Below, piece after piece: positions 1 through 11,829 of a stretch of DNA of 64,000 bases. Position 1 is the first letter of the stretch, and each line of letters starts with the position of its first letter. The translations under genes were made by a program, and so were the position numbers. The notes beneath the pieces were generated by a model that saw nothing but the letters and a program-made list of their open reading frames with translations, was not told the origin of the DNA and did not search any database. The DNA is from Pseudovirgaria hyperparasitica (Eukaryota): the NCBI GenBank assembly GCA_010093815.1, contig ML996565.1. One strand, given 5' to 3'.

Positions 1-1064
1 CCGTTACCGTAGCCCATTGTGCCTCCCCAGAACAGTACAGCGTTCTCGAATACAAATTCAAAGATATGAGCTGATGGGAGATATGTTAACAAACTGTCAC
101 CAGGACCCAAGTACTGGCCGACTACCGGGTTAACACCAGCTAGTGCTGCGACGACATTCTTGTGTTTTAGCAAGACGCCCTTTGGAGTTCCCGTTGATCC
201 CGATGTGTACATGACGCAGGCCAAGTCCTCGGGCTTTGGCATGACTGCCTCAACTGGGTTTTCTTCACCCAGCTTCTGAAGGTCTGCGATGCTGATGATT
301 TCAACGTCATTGTATTTCTCTTTCAGTTTGCTTATGTCGTCCTGCTTGACCTCGGTCGCATCGTCATAGATGAGGTGCTTGAGATTCTCTCCAGCTGATA
401 GAGGATTCAAAAGCTTGACCAGTAGAGTTGAGTCCAGATACATGGCTTTGGACTGGGTCTGTTTGATCGAGTGGGTCAATCCTTCTTCTCCCAGGGTATC
501 ATAGGCGGTAACAATGGCCATGGATTGAAACATGGCACCGTGTGCCATGGAGAGCCAGTGGGCACTGACAAATGTTAGTATTGAATATAGGCAGTAGCGT
601 CACGCAGCTCCTAATTACCTCGTGGGGGCATAAAGATGGACTTTGTCACCGGCTGTCAACCCGAGCTTCCGAAGACCAGCGCCATATTGCAGAGCTTGCT
701 TCTCAAACTCAGAGAAACTCTGATACTTGTAGCCACTCATCTCGAAATATGTCCACTTCTTATCGACTTCTTGTTGCTTGCCATCGACCAACTTCTTGAC
801 CTTTTTGGTCTCATTATGCAACTTTATCAGCTTGCGAGTACCCACACATTTCGCATTGCCGTACTTTGTAGACGCATACTTGAGTATATCGGGGATAGTC
901 TTAATCTCTTCGAGTGGCCTTGAGTGTAACTTGTCCTTGGCCTTGACGTTGCGTCGTGGTATCGTCTCGCCATCTACTTTTTCGAAGCCAGGAGCATTAA
1001 CGGTGTGCGGGCCTGGCTTCAGTGATTTTGCCTGGGGCATATATGTCTTGAGGTCCTGCGGCAT
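1..1064 (-). CDS. Long-chain fatty acyl-CoA synthetase (Faa1/Faa4-like), 5' part; runs off the window start
   Basis: ATG at 1064, exon 1 to 619, GT-AG intron 618-565 giving ...HLYAPTSAHWL...; downstream IVTAYDTLGEEG and the AMP-binding motif CVMYTSGSTGTPKGV are readable on the minus strand. Confidence 0.92.
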
Positions 1065-2729
1065 GGTGGCTTTCTACCTCCGTCGGTCGATTGAATGGAA
1101 ATGTAGGTTGCGCGCTGAGACACATAAGTCAGCAGAATGACCAGGTGGCAGTACACGGTGACCCTCGGTTACGTAGCAGAGGTGTTCGCGGTGGCAAGTT
1201 CACGTACTGCGCTTCAAACAAGCTTCCCTGTCGACACAGACTTGATATTCGGGTGGGAGTTTAGGTGTGTAAGAACACAGCGGGTGTGCGATAGAGGGAG
1301 AAAGGGGATAATGGCTGGCTGGCTTTGTACTGACAGCGCAGTACAAGCGGTAAGGGTGTTGACGACCAGCACACGGGCGGAGAAGCTGGGCAGTGGAAAG
1401 CTACTAAGCCTACTATTAGGTCAACAGAGCTTGGGCCAGCGTCATCACACGGCCGCCTGCAGATTCCCAGGATCCTACGAATTAATAGTAGCCCTGGAGA
1501 TATTATCATACGAATCTGTACTCACTAGTAATATTGACCAATACTGAGATTGAGGCAGGCAGTCAACCAATCAAATCTCTTTCCTATGACATTTCCGGTC
1601 CAACTTCTTCCACGGGACCTGATACAACCTGATGGAATTCACGTTCTTATGCCGCTTTCATAACTGGTTCGATATCGTGCCATCCACATAAGTCCTAAAC
1701 TCATACATGTACATGAGCCAGTAGAAGGGCCTGATTCATTCCCCACTGATCGCCTGAGGCGTCTTGATGCGAAGCTGATACTTCACAAATTGAGTCAGGT
1801 ACCTTGGCCTCAACAACGATCCTGGGGGAACCTTGCACCGAACTGGCGGCGGCCTCGGCACATAATTAGTAGGTCCAGGATCAAGTTCCGAATAATGATC
1901 CACACCCACGCACACACTAAAGCAAAGCAATTAATCTACTACATATGAGCGCCCTTGCAGCAATCCAATAACTTAGCCTAGCTCGAGAACTGCTCTAGTA
2001 TACTGTTCACTCCAAGCCTTTGAGGTATGGACATTCTCGTAGGTTGCTTACGTCTCTATCTGGCCATCCAGCACCGGGAGATGCACTGCCTCTCGCAAGA
2101 CAAGCCAGCTTCGAGGTTTCTTCTTAATACGAAACGGTCTTCTCAGCTCGGTGCCAAGCCTTACCAGACTCCAGCGTCAGCCTCCTGGTCGTGCCTCGGC
2201 GCCGGGACGTTGTTGTTGTCTTCTTGCGAGACACGACTCACGAGAATCTGGACGTGTTCGTTCCCAACAGAACCTACCCTATCACTAACAGCCTTATAAA
2301 TGTCATCGGTTAGATTCTACCTTAGCTTACGGACTGCTCAGCTTATGCACCGCACCGATGAAGATAAAGTTGCGATACGTGCGCAATCGCGACAGACCAA
2401 CTCCTTTGACACCAAGATCGGGCCGATCTAATTACACCACCACTTTGCCACCTACACTTCTACATTTCCATACATGATTTCTGCATAGCATTACGATTTG
2501 TGTTCACGTCATCGTATACCGATACATCTTCTGTAGGACACATATAAAGCAGACGCCACAAGAGCTTTCTTTGCTTCGGTCCTGAGGTCATTCAGGCATA
2601 TCTGTATCAAAATCATAATAGTGCGTTCGCAACGACCTCTTATATAAAATAGGGTATCAAGAGAGCAGGCACCATCCCACTTATATCAGCTTCTATTTCT
2701 ATCTATCAAAGCCTGTGTCGGTCCACGAT

Positions 2730-3592
2730 TTAATCTACCTTTGCCGAAGATAGCACAGGAGACGTAAATGGGACTTTCCGACCATCAGCAAGCACCCTCT
2801 CAGTCTTCTTGATCCGCCAGAGGGCAAATGGGTAGACAACGTCGCAAATAATGCTGACTCCCCACATGAACACAGCAAATGGGTTCATGACATACCCATG
2901 GGCCTCTCTCCAGAAATACCACTCCCAAGCATAAACAGCATACAGCCCAAACACGCTACCGAAAGCTCTCGTTGCCCTGAATCAAACGTCAACAGGGCCT
3001 ATGTTGGATTTGAGGATACTGACCATATTCCCCAACTCACACCTCCTGAGTGACCCCTCACGCCCAATGCTGCCAAACTCGCAGCGCTCAGATAGACCTG
3101 ATTAAACAGCGCGCTCCAAAACCCTAGCTCAGTTGTGTCCGGTCCTACGACGCCCCTGTAAAACTTTCCCTCTCTCCTTCCAACATCATTGTCAATCCAC
3201 CATTTCGCAAATGCCCATTGGCCCCAGATCGCTAGCCCAGCCAGCACGATGAATATCTTCCCCATATTCCTTGCTATCTGTGGCGCGTGCGACCATTCAT
3301 ACCGAGCATATTTCACAGTGCCATAGACCATGAAGCAATCAATCACAAGCCAGACAGTGAAGACGGTTTTCTCGAGCAGCGACTCGGCGACGACGAGTGC
3401 GTATACAAGTTCCCAGGCAAAGTTCAGCGCCAGCGCGAAGAGAGGCATGCCGTATGATTTATCGCGGAAGGATTGCCGTGTGTATAAGATGTAGGTGAGT
3501 GTCCAAAGGGAGCCACCGAGTTGGAGGAGAGCGTTGCATGTTGGAACGACGTGTTTGGGGACGTGTGGTGGAGGGATGTCGTTTGATCCCAT
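2730..3592 (-). CDS. Integral-membrane terpene cyclase, Pyr4/PaxB/AtmB family
   Basis: Motifs W-x-L-x-Y...RDKSYGMPLFALALNFAWE and RGHSGGVSWGIW; intron 3023-2977 joins in frame to WATRAFGSVFGL; multiple hydrophobic helices. Confidence 0.8.
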
Positions 3593-4112
3593 TGTTAATG
3601 GTCACGAACTTGATGAAGAAACTCGTTATATGAGTGAGAGAGTGGAAGCTGTAGTTGCGTAAGCAAATAGTCTATATAATTATTATCTAAAGTTTGAACG
3701 TTCAAGCTTTTGGGGGCCGATCTTTGCCTAGCAACGTAAGCTTCGTACTCGAATCTTCTCGTCCGTGTAAGCTTGCTCTTATCGTATGATCTCTGCTGAA
3801 AGAGTTTAGGTGTCGGACTTGTTGATGTTTGTCAATCGCTTTATGCGCCCCGGGCCCAGTCCCATGTCTTAGTATTAGGTCGCTCTTGCACTTGTGAGGT
3901 GATAGAGCAAATTACTAGGTATTTTACAGCGATAAGACAAGGACACGATTTACTTCGTATTGGGCACTTGAAGAATGGAGTAGCATGACAACTGCGTGCT
4001 CGTGATTCGTTCTACTCGTGGATTACGCACGATATTGTGATCATTGAAACGCCCGCCAATGCGTAAAAAGCAATAACCCCCTGTCTTGCTTTCAAACACG
4101 CATCTTCGCTCC

Positions 4113-5098
4113 TCAGGTCGCTTTTTTAGCGAATTCAACGCGCAGAATAAGATGTCCATAACCAAAACCATCCATCTTCTCACATGCTTTAGCAGCATCG
4201 GTTCGATCTGCAAAGGAAACAAAGGCGAAACCCTTAGCGCGGCCTGTGTCACGATCTTTGGCAAGGAACACACGGGTGACATGGCCGAAACGGGAGAACA
4301 TGTCGCGAAGATCTTGCTCTTCGGCGAACTCTGATACCTGTTATTTTAATTAGTAAGTACGGGAGAAAGATAGCCGCAATGAGAGGCTTCTAGCCGGAAA
4401 ACTCACGTTGGTAACACGCAGTGTTGCGAGATCGTCTCTCTCGTACTTTCCGCCCATCTTCTCCCCTGTCGGCGCACCACCCGTCCGTCCTCTCAAGTGT
4501 GGTGGCACGTAACTTGAACCGCCTTGGCCGAGAGATCCTGATTCCGGCACATCATCGATGGTCTCAGCCGGGGTTGGGTCACCCTCTGGTGCCATCGTGT
4601 CCTTGAACGGACACTTCGTCGTCCAATGGTCCCCGGAACAAATACGACACTTGATCTTCGCATCCTTCAGGTTGGCCTTCTTCTTTTCTTGCTCGCCTTT
4701 GTCCTCGGTACCAGCTTTCCAGTTCGCAGTTGGGCGGAAAGCAATGTTCTCTGCGACACTGGTGGTGTCCGTTTGTGGGCCGATGGGCTTACCCTTCTCT
4801 GCGCCAAACTTAGGCCATTGCTTGTGCTCGGCGACGCGTGGGTTAACGACTTGCTTTACCACCGTCTTGCGGATGCGACGTGTTGTCTTCACACGTTTGC
4901 CATCGTCGCGGATAGACCAGGTTATTATTGTTTCAGTACCGTCTTTGTTTTTGATGATTTGCTGAGGTGGGAGGGCGACAGGATCTTCTTCGTCTTCATC
5001 TTCGGCCCAGTCAGTGCGTCTGCTGGATGAGGGGTTAGTAAGGTGATAGAGATTATCACGATCTGAACGACTCACTTGTTTTCGAGCTTCGAAGCCAT
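4113..5098 (-). CDS. TIF35: Translation initiation factor eIF3 subunit G
   Basis: ATG at 5098, introns ~5075-5020 and 4406-4338; eIF3g N-domain (WPKFG...GP...TT), zinc finger [16 protein letters not shown]-terminal RRM (KGFAFVSF). Confidence 0.95.
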
Positions 5099-5780
5099 GA
5101 CTGCTATTGTGCAGTGCGGGACAGTTCGGCGTTCGTGAGTTATACGTAGTCGTTGACGTGGTGTTTTGCTCAGGAGGATATGCTATGAACTAGAAATTCG
5201 CTATGAAATGGACAGACGTGTGGGGCGAAATATCGCTGAGCCCGCGAAGCGTGCGGTGCTGCCTCAGGCTAATTACCACGCTTTAGTTTCACGTAATCGT
5301 CACGTAGGGCGGACTTCGGCCTTTACAACACTCTCTTTTCTTCTCCATCTTCCTCCACCACCGCAAAGCCCGCGCGTCGCCATGCACATCCCAAACTGCC
5401 CGGCGAGCTTTGATTCCGAGCGATAATGTTGTGTCCAAGACCGTTAGATCGGCGCCCCAAAGCGCCGATTAAACCCGGACCTTTGGCCCAACGCAACTGT
5501 AGTGGAACTCTTTCCAACATGGAGCAATATTTCGCAACTCAATTATCGGTAGCGGGCCTTAGCTCGCCGATTAAACCCAGTCGCATCGGTATATTCGGTA
5601 AACAATCTCATGATTGTAGAATGTATGCAGAAGTATAAAGGTTTGTGAAAGTCCGTCGTGCATCACCTGTCCTATGACATCGATCTGGTAGCATCGATAT
5701 TGGACATATATCTCTCCTGGGATTTCGAATGATCAGTCTTTCTTTCGTTTAGCAAACACTCTATATATCTCGCAATCAAC

Positions 5781-6746
5781 ATGAGTAAAGCGATCCTCGT
5801 CACTGGGGCTACGGGCAAACAAGGAGGTGCCGCTGTTAACGCATTGGTTGCTTCCAACGCGGACATAGAAATTCTTGCCGTCACTCGCAACCCAAACTCA
5901 CCCGGTGCCCAGAAGCTTGCTCAAACATCGCCAAAGATAAAGCTCGTCCAGGGCGACCTTACCGATCCCGCAAGGACATTTGCCAACGCGAAAATTGCCA
6001 CTTCGACTCCCATCTGGGGCGTATTCTCCGTTTCGACCAACACAGCTAGCAATTCGAAGAACTCATCTACCTTCCAGATTCAAAGTACCAGAGATGTCAA
6101 CAGGAAGCTCGATCCGGAGGAACTGCAAGGAATCAACCTCATAGACACAGCTATTAAGGAGAACGTCAAATTCTTCGTTTTCACATCCGTTGACCGACAT
6201 GGTGATAAGTCAACCAATAATCCAACCTCTGTACCTCACTTCATTAGCAAGCACAACATCGAACAGCATCTCTTCCAGCATGCTTCACAAGCTGGAATAG
6301 GCTACACAGTACTTCGACCTACTGCCTTCATGGATAACGCTCTTGGCGGGTTCGGGAAGATGTTTGGCACGCTATGGAACACGAGACCCAAGAACATGAA
6401 ACTGCAGCTCATTGCAGCCAGTGATATCGGATATTTCGCTGCGCAGGCCTTCCTGAATCCAGAGTCCGAGATATACAAGAACAAGTGTATCTCTTTGGCT
6501 GGAGACGAACTGACCTTCGAAGAGGCCAAGGCGAAATTTAGGGAGGTGGCGAACATGGAATTCCCCACAACCTTCTCCCTCATAGGCTACGGGTTACTAA
6601 TGGCTGTTGCAGATCTTCGGCTCATGTTTAAATGGTTCGAGACTGAAGGCTATGCTGCTGACATTGAGGGCCTGAGAAAGATTCATCCTAGGTTGAAGAA
6701 TTTCACTACGTGGTTGAATGAAGAGAGCGGCTATGTGAAAAAGTAA
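5781..6746 (+). CDS. NmrA-like NAD(P)-binding Rossmann protein
   Basis: 321-aa ORF with ILVTGATGKQGG, VPHFISKHNIE, LRPTAFMDN, LAGDELT motifs. Confidence 0.9.
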   Translation: MSKAILVTGATGKQGGAAVNALVASNADIEILAVTRNPNSPGAQKLAQTSPKIKLVQGDLTDPARTFANAKIATSTPIWGVFSVSTNTASNSKNSSTFQIQSTRDVNRKLDPEELQGINLIDTAIKENVKFFVFTSVDRHGDKSTNNPTSVPHFISKHNIEQHLFQHASQAGIGYTVLRPTAFMDNALGGFGKMFGTLWNTRPKNMKLQLIAASDIGYFAAQAFLNPESEIYKNKCISLAGDELTFEEAKAKFREVANMEFPTTFSLIGYGLLMAVADLRLMFKWFETEGYAADIEGLRKIHPRLKNFTTWLNEESGYVKK

Positions 6747-7456
6747 ACATAAGTCTCTCGCGTTGTTTACAGCTGGCGAATCAGAGCCAGCCCAGCTCGT
6801 TGCTGTGGCACAGGAATGTGGCGCCACGGTCTGCAAGCCACCTTTTTCTTTTGCTCAATCATTTCAATCCTGTATCTCTTTCATGGTTTACCTTTTGTCA
6901 AATCACTGCCCAGGTCTATCTATATATGTATGTTTAGTTTGTGACAGCTGTAGAGTCTAAGTCTATCCATCGTGTAAAAACATTGAATAGCACGAAACAG
7001 TGAGGTCGGATACAGGACAAATTCTCGTGAAAACTGTTTAGAATGATTCAGCCGCAGTCGGGCTTACGGCTGAATACGATAGAGGCCAGAACTATGCGAA
7101 GTCTATGTACTAAGGTCGAGTAATCCAACGTAGATACACGAAATGGCGGAGCACTAGTCGCTGTTCAGCTTATATAAGCTCTCCGTTGCCTAACTATTCA
7201 GTACAAGCCACGGCTAGATCGGTATACGTGCAGTTCTATCTTACTGTGACAGCATGGAGCAGTCTTCGTCAGCTTATCTTGTTTAATCACATGTTGACCG
7301 CTCGTGTCTCCCTATGGTCCTACAATGCCCACACTTGAGGTACAAAAGAAACATGAGAGGGAGATATAAAGCCAGACCTGCTGGTGCTTTCACTCCTAAC
7401 CCATTCACTCCTAAGCATTTATAAAAAGTCCTACTCGACATCACCATCTCATTACC

Positions 7457-7586
7457 ATGGTAGACTTGTTCATAGACGACTTTCGAGGGGCTCAATATGC
7501 ACGAGGAACTTCAGCATATAACAAAGCTGCTGTGTAGTACGTAACTTCCACTTATGGAAAGTCCCGTGACCTGAGTCCCGATTCGA
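7457..7586 (+). pseudogene. 5' fragment of an FAD-linked oxidoreductase gene interrupted by the retroelement nest
   Basis: ATG 7457 reads MVDLFIDDFRGAQYARGTSAYNKAAV*YVTSTYGKSRDLSPDS(I) and continues in frame at 41126 once the insertion and one TCGA copy are removed; TATAAAA at ~7420; in-frame TAG at 7535. Confidence 0.85.
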
Positions 7587-7718
7587 TGTGGGAACTTTGG
7601 TAAATTAGACGTGGCAAAATTAATTAACGTGTCTACTAAGTCTATCTAAGTACTATATATACTAGCCTAACGCTAAATAAGATCTAAGTAACGGGGATTA
7701 CCTAATAGGAATTCTATA
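7587..7718 (-). repeat. Element A 3' LTR (132 bp)
   Basis: Direct repeat of 40990-41121 differing by C/T and G/A transitions. Confidence 0.93.
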
Positions 7719-8100
7719 TCTTCCCCCTCCTAATTATACGAGCTTCTATAAGGCTATTAAAGATAATTAACGGAGTTAGAATATATAATATAGGGAGGTA
7801 GGCGTGTGAAATCTCTTCGGTGCTAGGCCGTATTAGTAACACGTCGTATAAGGGCGGTAGTCTAAGCTTATTTTAGTGCTAAATAGTTACCTTTACTATT
7901 CCTATATTCTACCGTCCTTTAACCTTATATTTCTTAACTAATTTAACCTTTTCCTTAGTTTTTCCAGCGCTAATTCCTTTTAATAATATCTAATAATATA
8001 GCTGAAACTCCTACGAACTTAGAAATTACTCCGATTAATACTATAATTTTATATATATAAACTTTAACTTTACCTTTTTCCCTTCTAACTTAAACTTCCT

Positions 8101-9000
8101 ATAGCGGATATAGTTATAAACGAGGATCTTCGTCATGCTTTCTTAGGTCCTCCGTACGGAAATCCTAACTAGTTATTACTTAATAAAGTATTAGCGGTAA
8201 ATAAAGGTGCTCTAGATAGTAGATTAAGTTACCTTATTCCTTAAGTGTAGGTTAACTATATAGTTCATAAGAGTTACTTAAAGATAGCCTATAGCTATCT
8301 ATATCCGAACGGGCCTTAGAGTTTACTATTCTTTTAAGAACTAGACCTAGAAGATAAAGCTTTAGCTTAGTTAATTAAAGAAGGCGGTTAGAGTCTTAAA
8401 CCTAAGGTCTCTAAGGCTGAAGTTAAGGCTCCGGCCTCTTAAGGATCGGTAATAGCTATTAACGAGCCTCTTCCTAAGGTAGAAGGTAATTCGTTTAATA
8501 TACCCTTCTATAAGAATCCCGCTAACCTATATAGATCTTCTAGGTAAAGTTACGGGTCCGGAGTCTACGTTAATTACCCTTAATAAGCCCTTTAAAGCCC
8601 CTATAAAAGCTAGTCGGTTCGCGAACCTATCGGAAGACTCTAATAATATTTTCTATTCTAAAAATAAAGATAGAGAAAGCTCTAGGTTATTAGACCTTAA
8701 TAGTAATACGTTAATCGAAGTTAACGAGCTCGGCGATATAGTTACTTCTAAGGTAACTAAGAAAGGTAAGTCGCTAAGTCTTATATTAAGATTCTAGTTC
8801 CTAATTCTTATCTAGGCTCTCGTCCTAGAATACCTAGGACTCTAGTAAAGACCCGTAGTACCGTAAGAACTCTATTAAAGGTGTTTAACAGCCCTAAAAC
8901 TCGCTCTATAACTTCTAAGCTAGCTATTATAGACCTTAAAAGTCCTAATAAGGTCGTTAAGAAGACTCCCGTAAAGCGAAAGGGGTCTATAGCTTCTCGT
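8101..9000 (+). pseudogene. Element A antisense accessory gene, 5' half (RIP-decayed, spliced)
   Basis: TATA-like run 8051-8060, ATA (RIP of ATG) at 8101; introns 8486-8534 (GTAATT..GCTAAC..TAG) and 8766-8815 (GTAAGT..CTAAT..TAG) each restore an open frame; only TAA/TAG stops. Confidence 0.7.
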
Positions 9001-9238
9001 TATAAAGAGTAAAGACGTAGGATAGTAGTCTAATAGTTTATAGAGAGACATAGGAATGTATTTATAGAGTAGTCTTACTCTTATACGAGGTTGATTCCTA
9101 ACGAGTAGGAATCGGTTTATACGGTCTACTTATATAGTAACCTCGCTTAACCCAGCTAACTCATCCTAGCTCTAGCCGCTACGTGGCTATATGGATTAGA
9201 ATAGTCTATATAGATCTATTAGGGTTCCCGTCCTAATA
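9001..9238 (-). repeat. Element B1 3' LTR
   Basis: Matches 25036-25273 and the reverse complements of 31775-32012 and 39713-39950. Confidence 0.92.
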
Positions 9239-9717
9239 ATATCCTTTTTCTTTTTATGCTTTGCCCCGAAGTACTTAAGTATATATAATTCTAAGTCTCT
9301 ATAATCTATCGTATATCTATATATCCGTAACTAAGTTCCTATAACGTTATAACCATCCTTAATATAGGTAAACTCGAGATTCTAGTTTACTTTTACTAGT
9401 TTATATACGCGCTCATCCCTTACTTCGTGGCTACTACCTAGAATATATAATTACTACTTTAGTTAAGTATATATTTAGCTTCGCTCGCCTTTAATTTTAT
9501 TCTCTAGTATATCTACCTCGCTCTTAAGGTAAGTCGTTAATTTATATACTATCTTCCCTAGTTTAGGTTTAGAAGGGTCTATTATAGTCTATTCTTATTA
9601 GAACCGGTCCTATATAACCTATTCGCGTTATTACGGTTACTAATTTAGCTTTATTAATTACCGTTAAGGGTGGACGAATATTCCTTCCTTAGATCTCTAG
9701 CTAACGTGTGTATATAG

Positions 9718-10610
9718 ATGTCTAATACTAGTCCTATCTCTAAGCCTACCTCCTCCTCTTATAAGACTCGCTCTAAAGGTATTACCTCCTCCCCGGCTAC
9801 GCCGGCTAAGAAGCCTACCTATTAAGGTAGTATAAAGGCGCGCTCTAAGTCGGAGAAGAGGGTAGCTAGGGCTACTACTACTACTTCTACCTCTACTACT
9901 AATATAGCCACTAGTCGCTCTAATCTAGGTAATTCTAGTACTAAATTTATGGATGAAGCGGTCGTAAGTTCTCCCCTTACTCTAACGTATACGCCGTCTA
10001 CTCTACCTCCTCTAGAGGATGAAGAAGATCTCGTTATAGATGATAATCGCGAGCCCTTACGCTTATCTACGCCGCCGCCTCGCCGCTCTCCCTTCCGGTC
10101 TAATATAGACCGATTTAGTTACTCTAGATCCTTTTAGGACCTTAATATTCGCTCTAAACCCTAGCCTACTAATAATAAGGTCTAGGTTACTAAGGATACT
10201 AAACGTGGTCACGGTTTACGCTATAGAAAAACGGCGAACTATAGTTCGATATACTATAAGTATATTAAGGGCTATATAGCCGGCTCTAAATATCTCTTTC
10301 GCTCTAACTCTAGTATTAGCTACTACTCTACTAACCGCGACGGGCCTATACGCCCTATCTTTACTCTATCTACCCGCTACCGCCGCTATACTATAACTAG
10401 TAAGACTTATCTATAGGTAAGTATAATAGACTATCTTAGTCTAGTATAATCTAAAGTTATCCGCGCTAATATATTCTTAGGTTCCTATATATATATAAGA
10501 TATATATAATAACCTTCGCGTCCGCGAGACCCTTAGGGGTCCTTATAGCTATCTATCTACTATATAGAGGGAGTTTAGGGAGCGCTATAAGCTCTTCCTA
10601 GAGGTTATTA
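9718..10610 (+). pseudogene. Element B antisense accessory gene, 5' exons (continues at ~18913-19280)
   Basis: Long frame from ATG 9718 with only TAA/TAG stops (S/T/P/K-rich, then TAC/TAT codons spaced as CxxC...CxxC-x6-C); intron 10417-10480 GTAAGT..GCTAAT..TAG. Confidence 0.6.
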
Positions 10611-10630
10611 AAGTATAAGTTACGAACACG

Positions 10631-11206
10631 TGTTAGGCACGTGCCTACCAGTTGATTATACATGTATGTAGTAGTTGTATATAAGTAGTATACTCCACCC
10701 TTAAAGTAGTAGCTTTAAGATTCGGTCCTTTTAGTATAGTTAGTTAGTGCGTAGAGCCCGCCTCCTTATATAATCTTAAAGCTACTACGGGGTTATAGGT
10801 TTAACTCTCGGTCTAGTTAACTATTATTGAATTTCGCACGATTTCGTTTAGCTTACCACGTTACGTATACTTTATGTACGTGACGGATAACATAGTAGTA
10901 ACGTTACTATAGTAAGTTAGCGTGTCTAGTGCTAGAGGCGGCATTACGAGTATTAATTAGGTATACACATGATTCATTTATACTAGGCCTATTATAGCTA
11001 GTTTATCTTTCATAAGGTAGATACCCACGACGTGTAAGGGCACGCGCCTTCGAAAAGGGGAGATATTATTAGGCACGTGCCTGCTAGTTAATTATATATG
11101 TGTGTAGTAGTCGTATATAAGTAGTGTACTCCACCCTTAAAGCAGTAGCTTCAAGATTCGGTCCTTTTAGTATAGTTGGTTGGTGCGTGGAGCCCGCCTC
11201 CTTATA
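10631..11206 (+). mobile_element. TRIM-like non-autonomous miniature LTR element C (576 bp)
   Basis: 140-bp LTRs 10631-10770 and 11067-11206, 296-bp internal part with no evident ORF, PPT GAAAAGGGGAGA before the 3' LTR, TSD ACACG (10626-10630; right copy split by element D). Confidence 0.88.
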
Positions 11207-11829
11207 ACATGTAATGGATATAACCAAGGTGTTGCTGCAATGGTAATCAAGATATATTATGATTTAACTTAGTGAGTATAGGGATAAGCCGTATGGTTAT
11301 AGCTTTAAGTATAGTCTTAAGCGAGGTCACGTGATACCCCTATACTAGTCTCTATCTATCCCGGCTCCGTTATATGATGCTAGAGATAAGGTAAAGCCGA
11401 AGTCCATAACATACCCTTGTTCTCTAGGATCGTCCTAGGGACCGGCTTAGTGTTTTATATAATGATAACCGGCTCGGTTGGGTCTTGGGTTTACGGTCTT
11501 TATATCATACTATATAATAACCGTAGGGCTATATATTCCTTCTGGCAAGGTAGTAGCTTTTTATAGTAGCGTCCTAGCGGTCACGTGGCGGAGGTAGGCT
11601 CCTCGCATTACGGCGTGCTACGTCGGGTCATGTAAAGGTAGGGTAGCCTACGCACGAACCGCGCGTCCCGTTTTATTATTATCCGTTTTAGGACCGGCTA
11701 CTCTCCGGGCCAGGGGTTATATAGTAGTGGTAGGGTAGCTTGCGCACGACCCGCGTTTATTATTATTATCGTCCATTTTAGGACCGGCTCCACCCCGGCC
11801 CACACGATTTTCCCTAACGCGAGTATATG

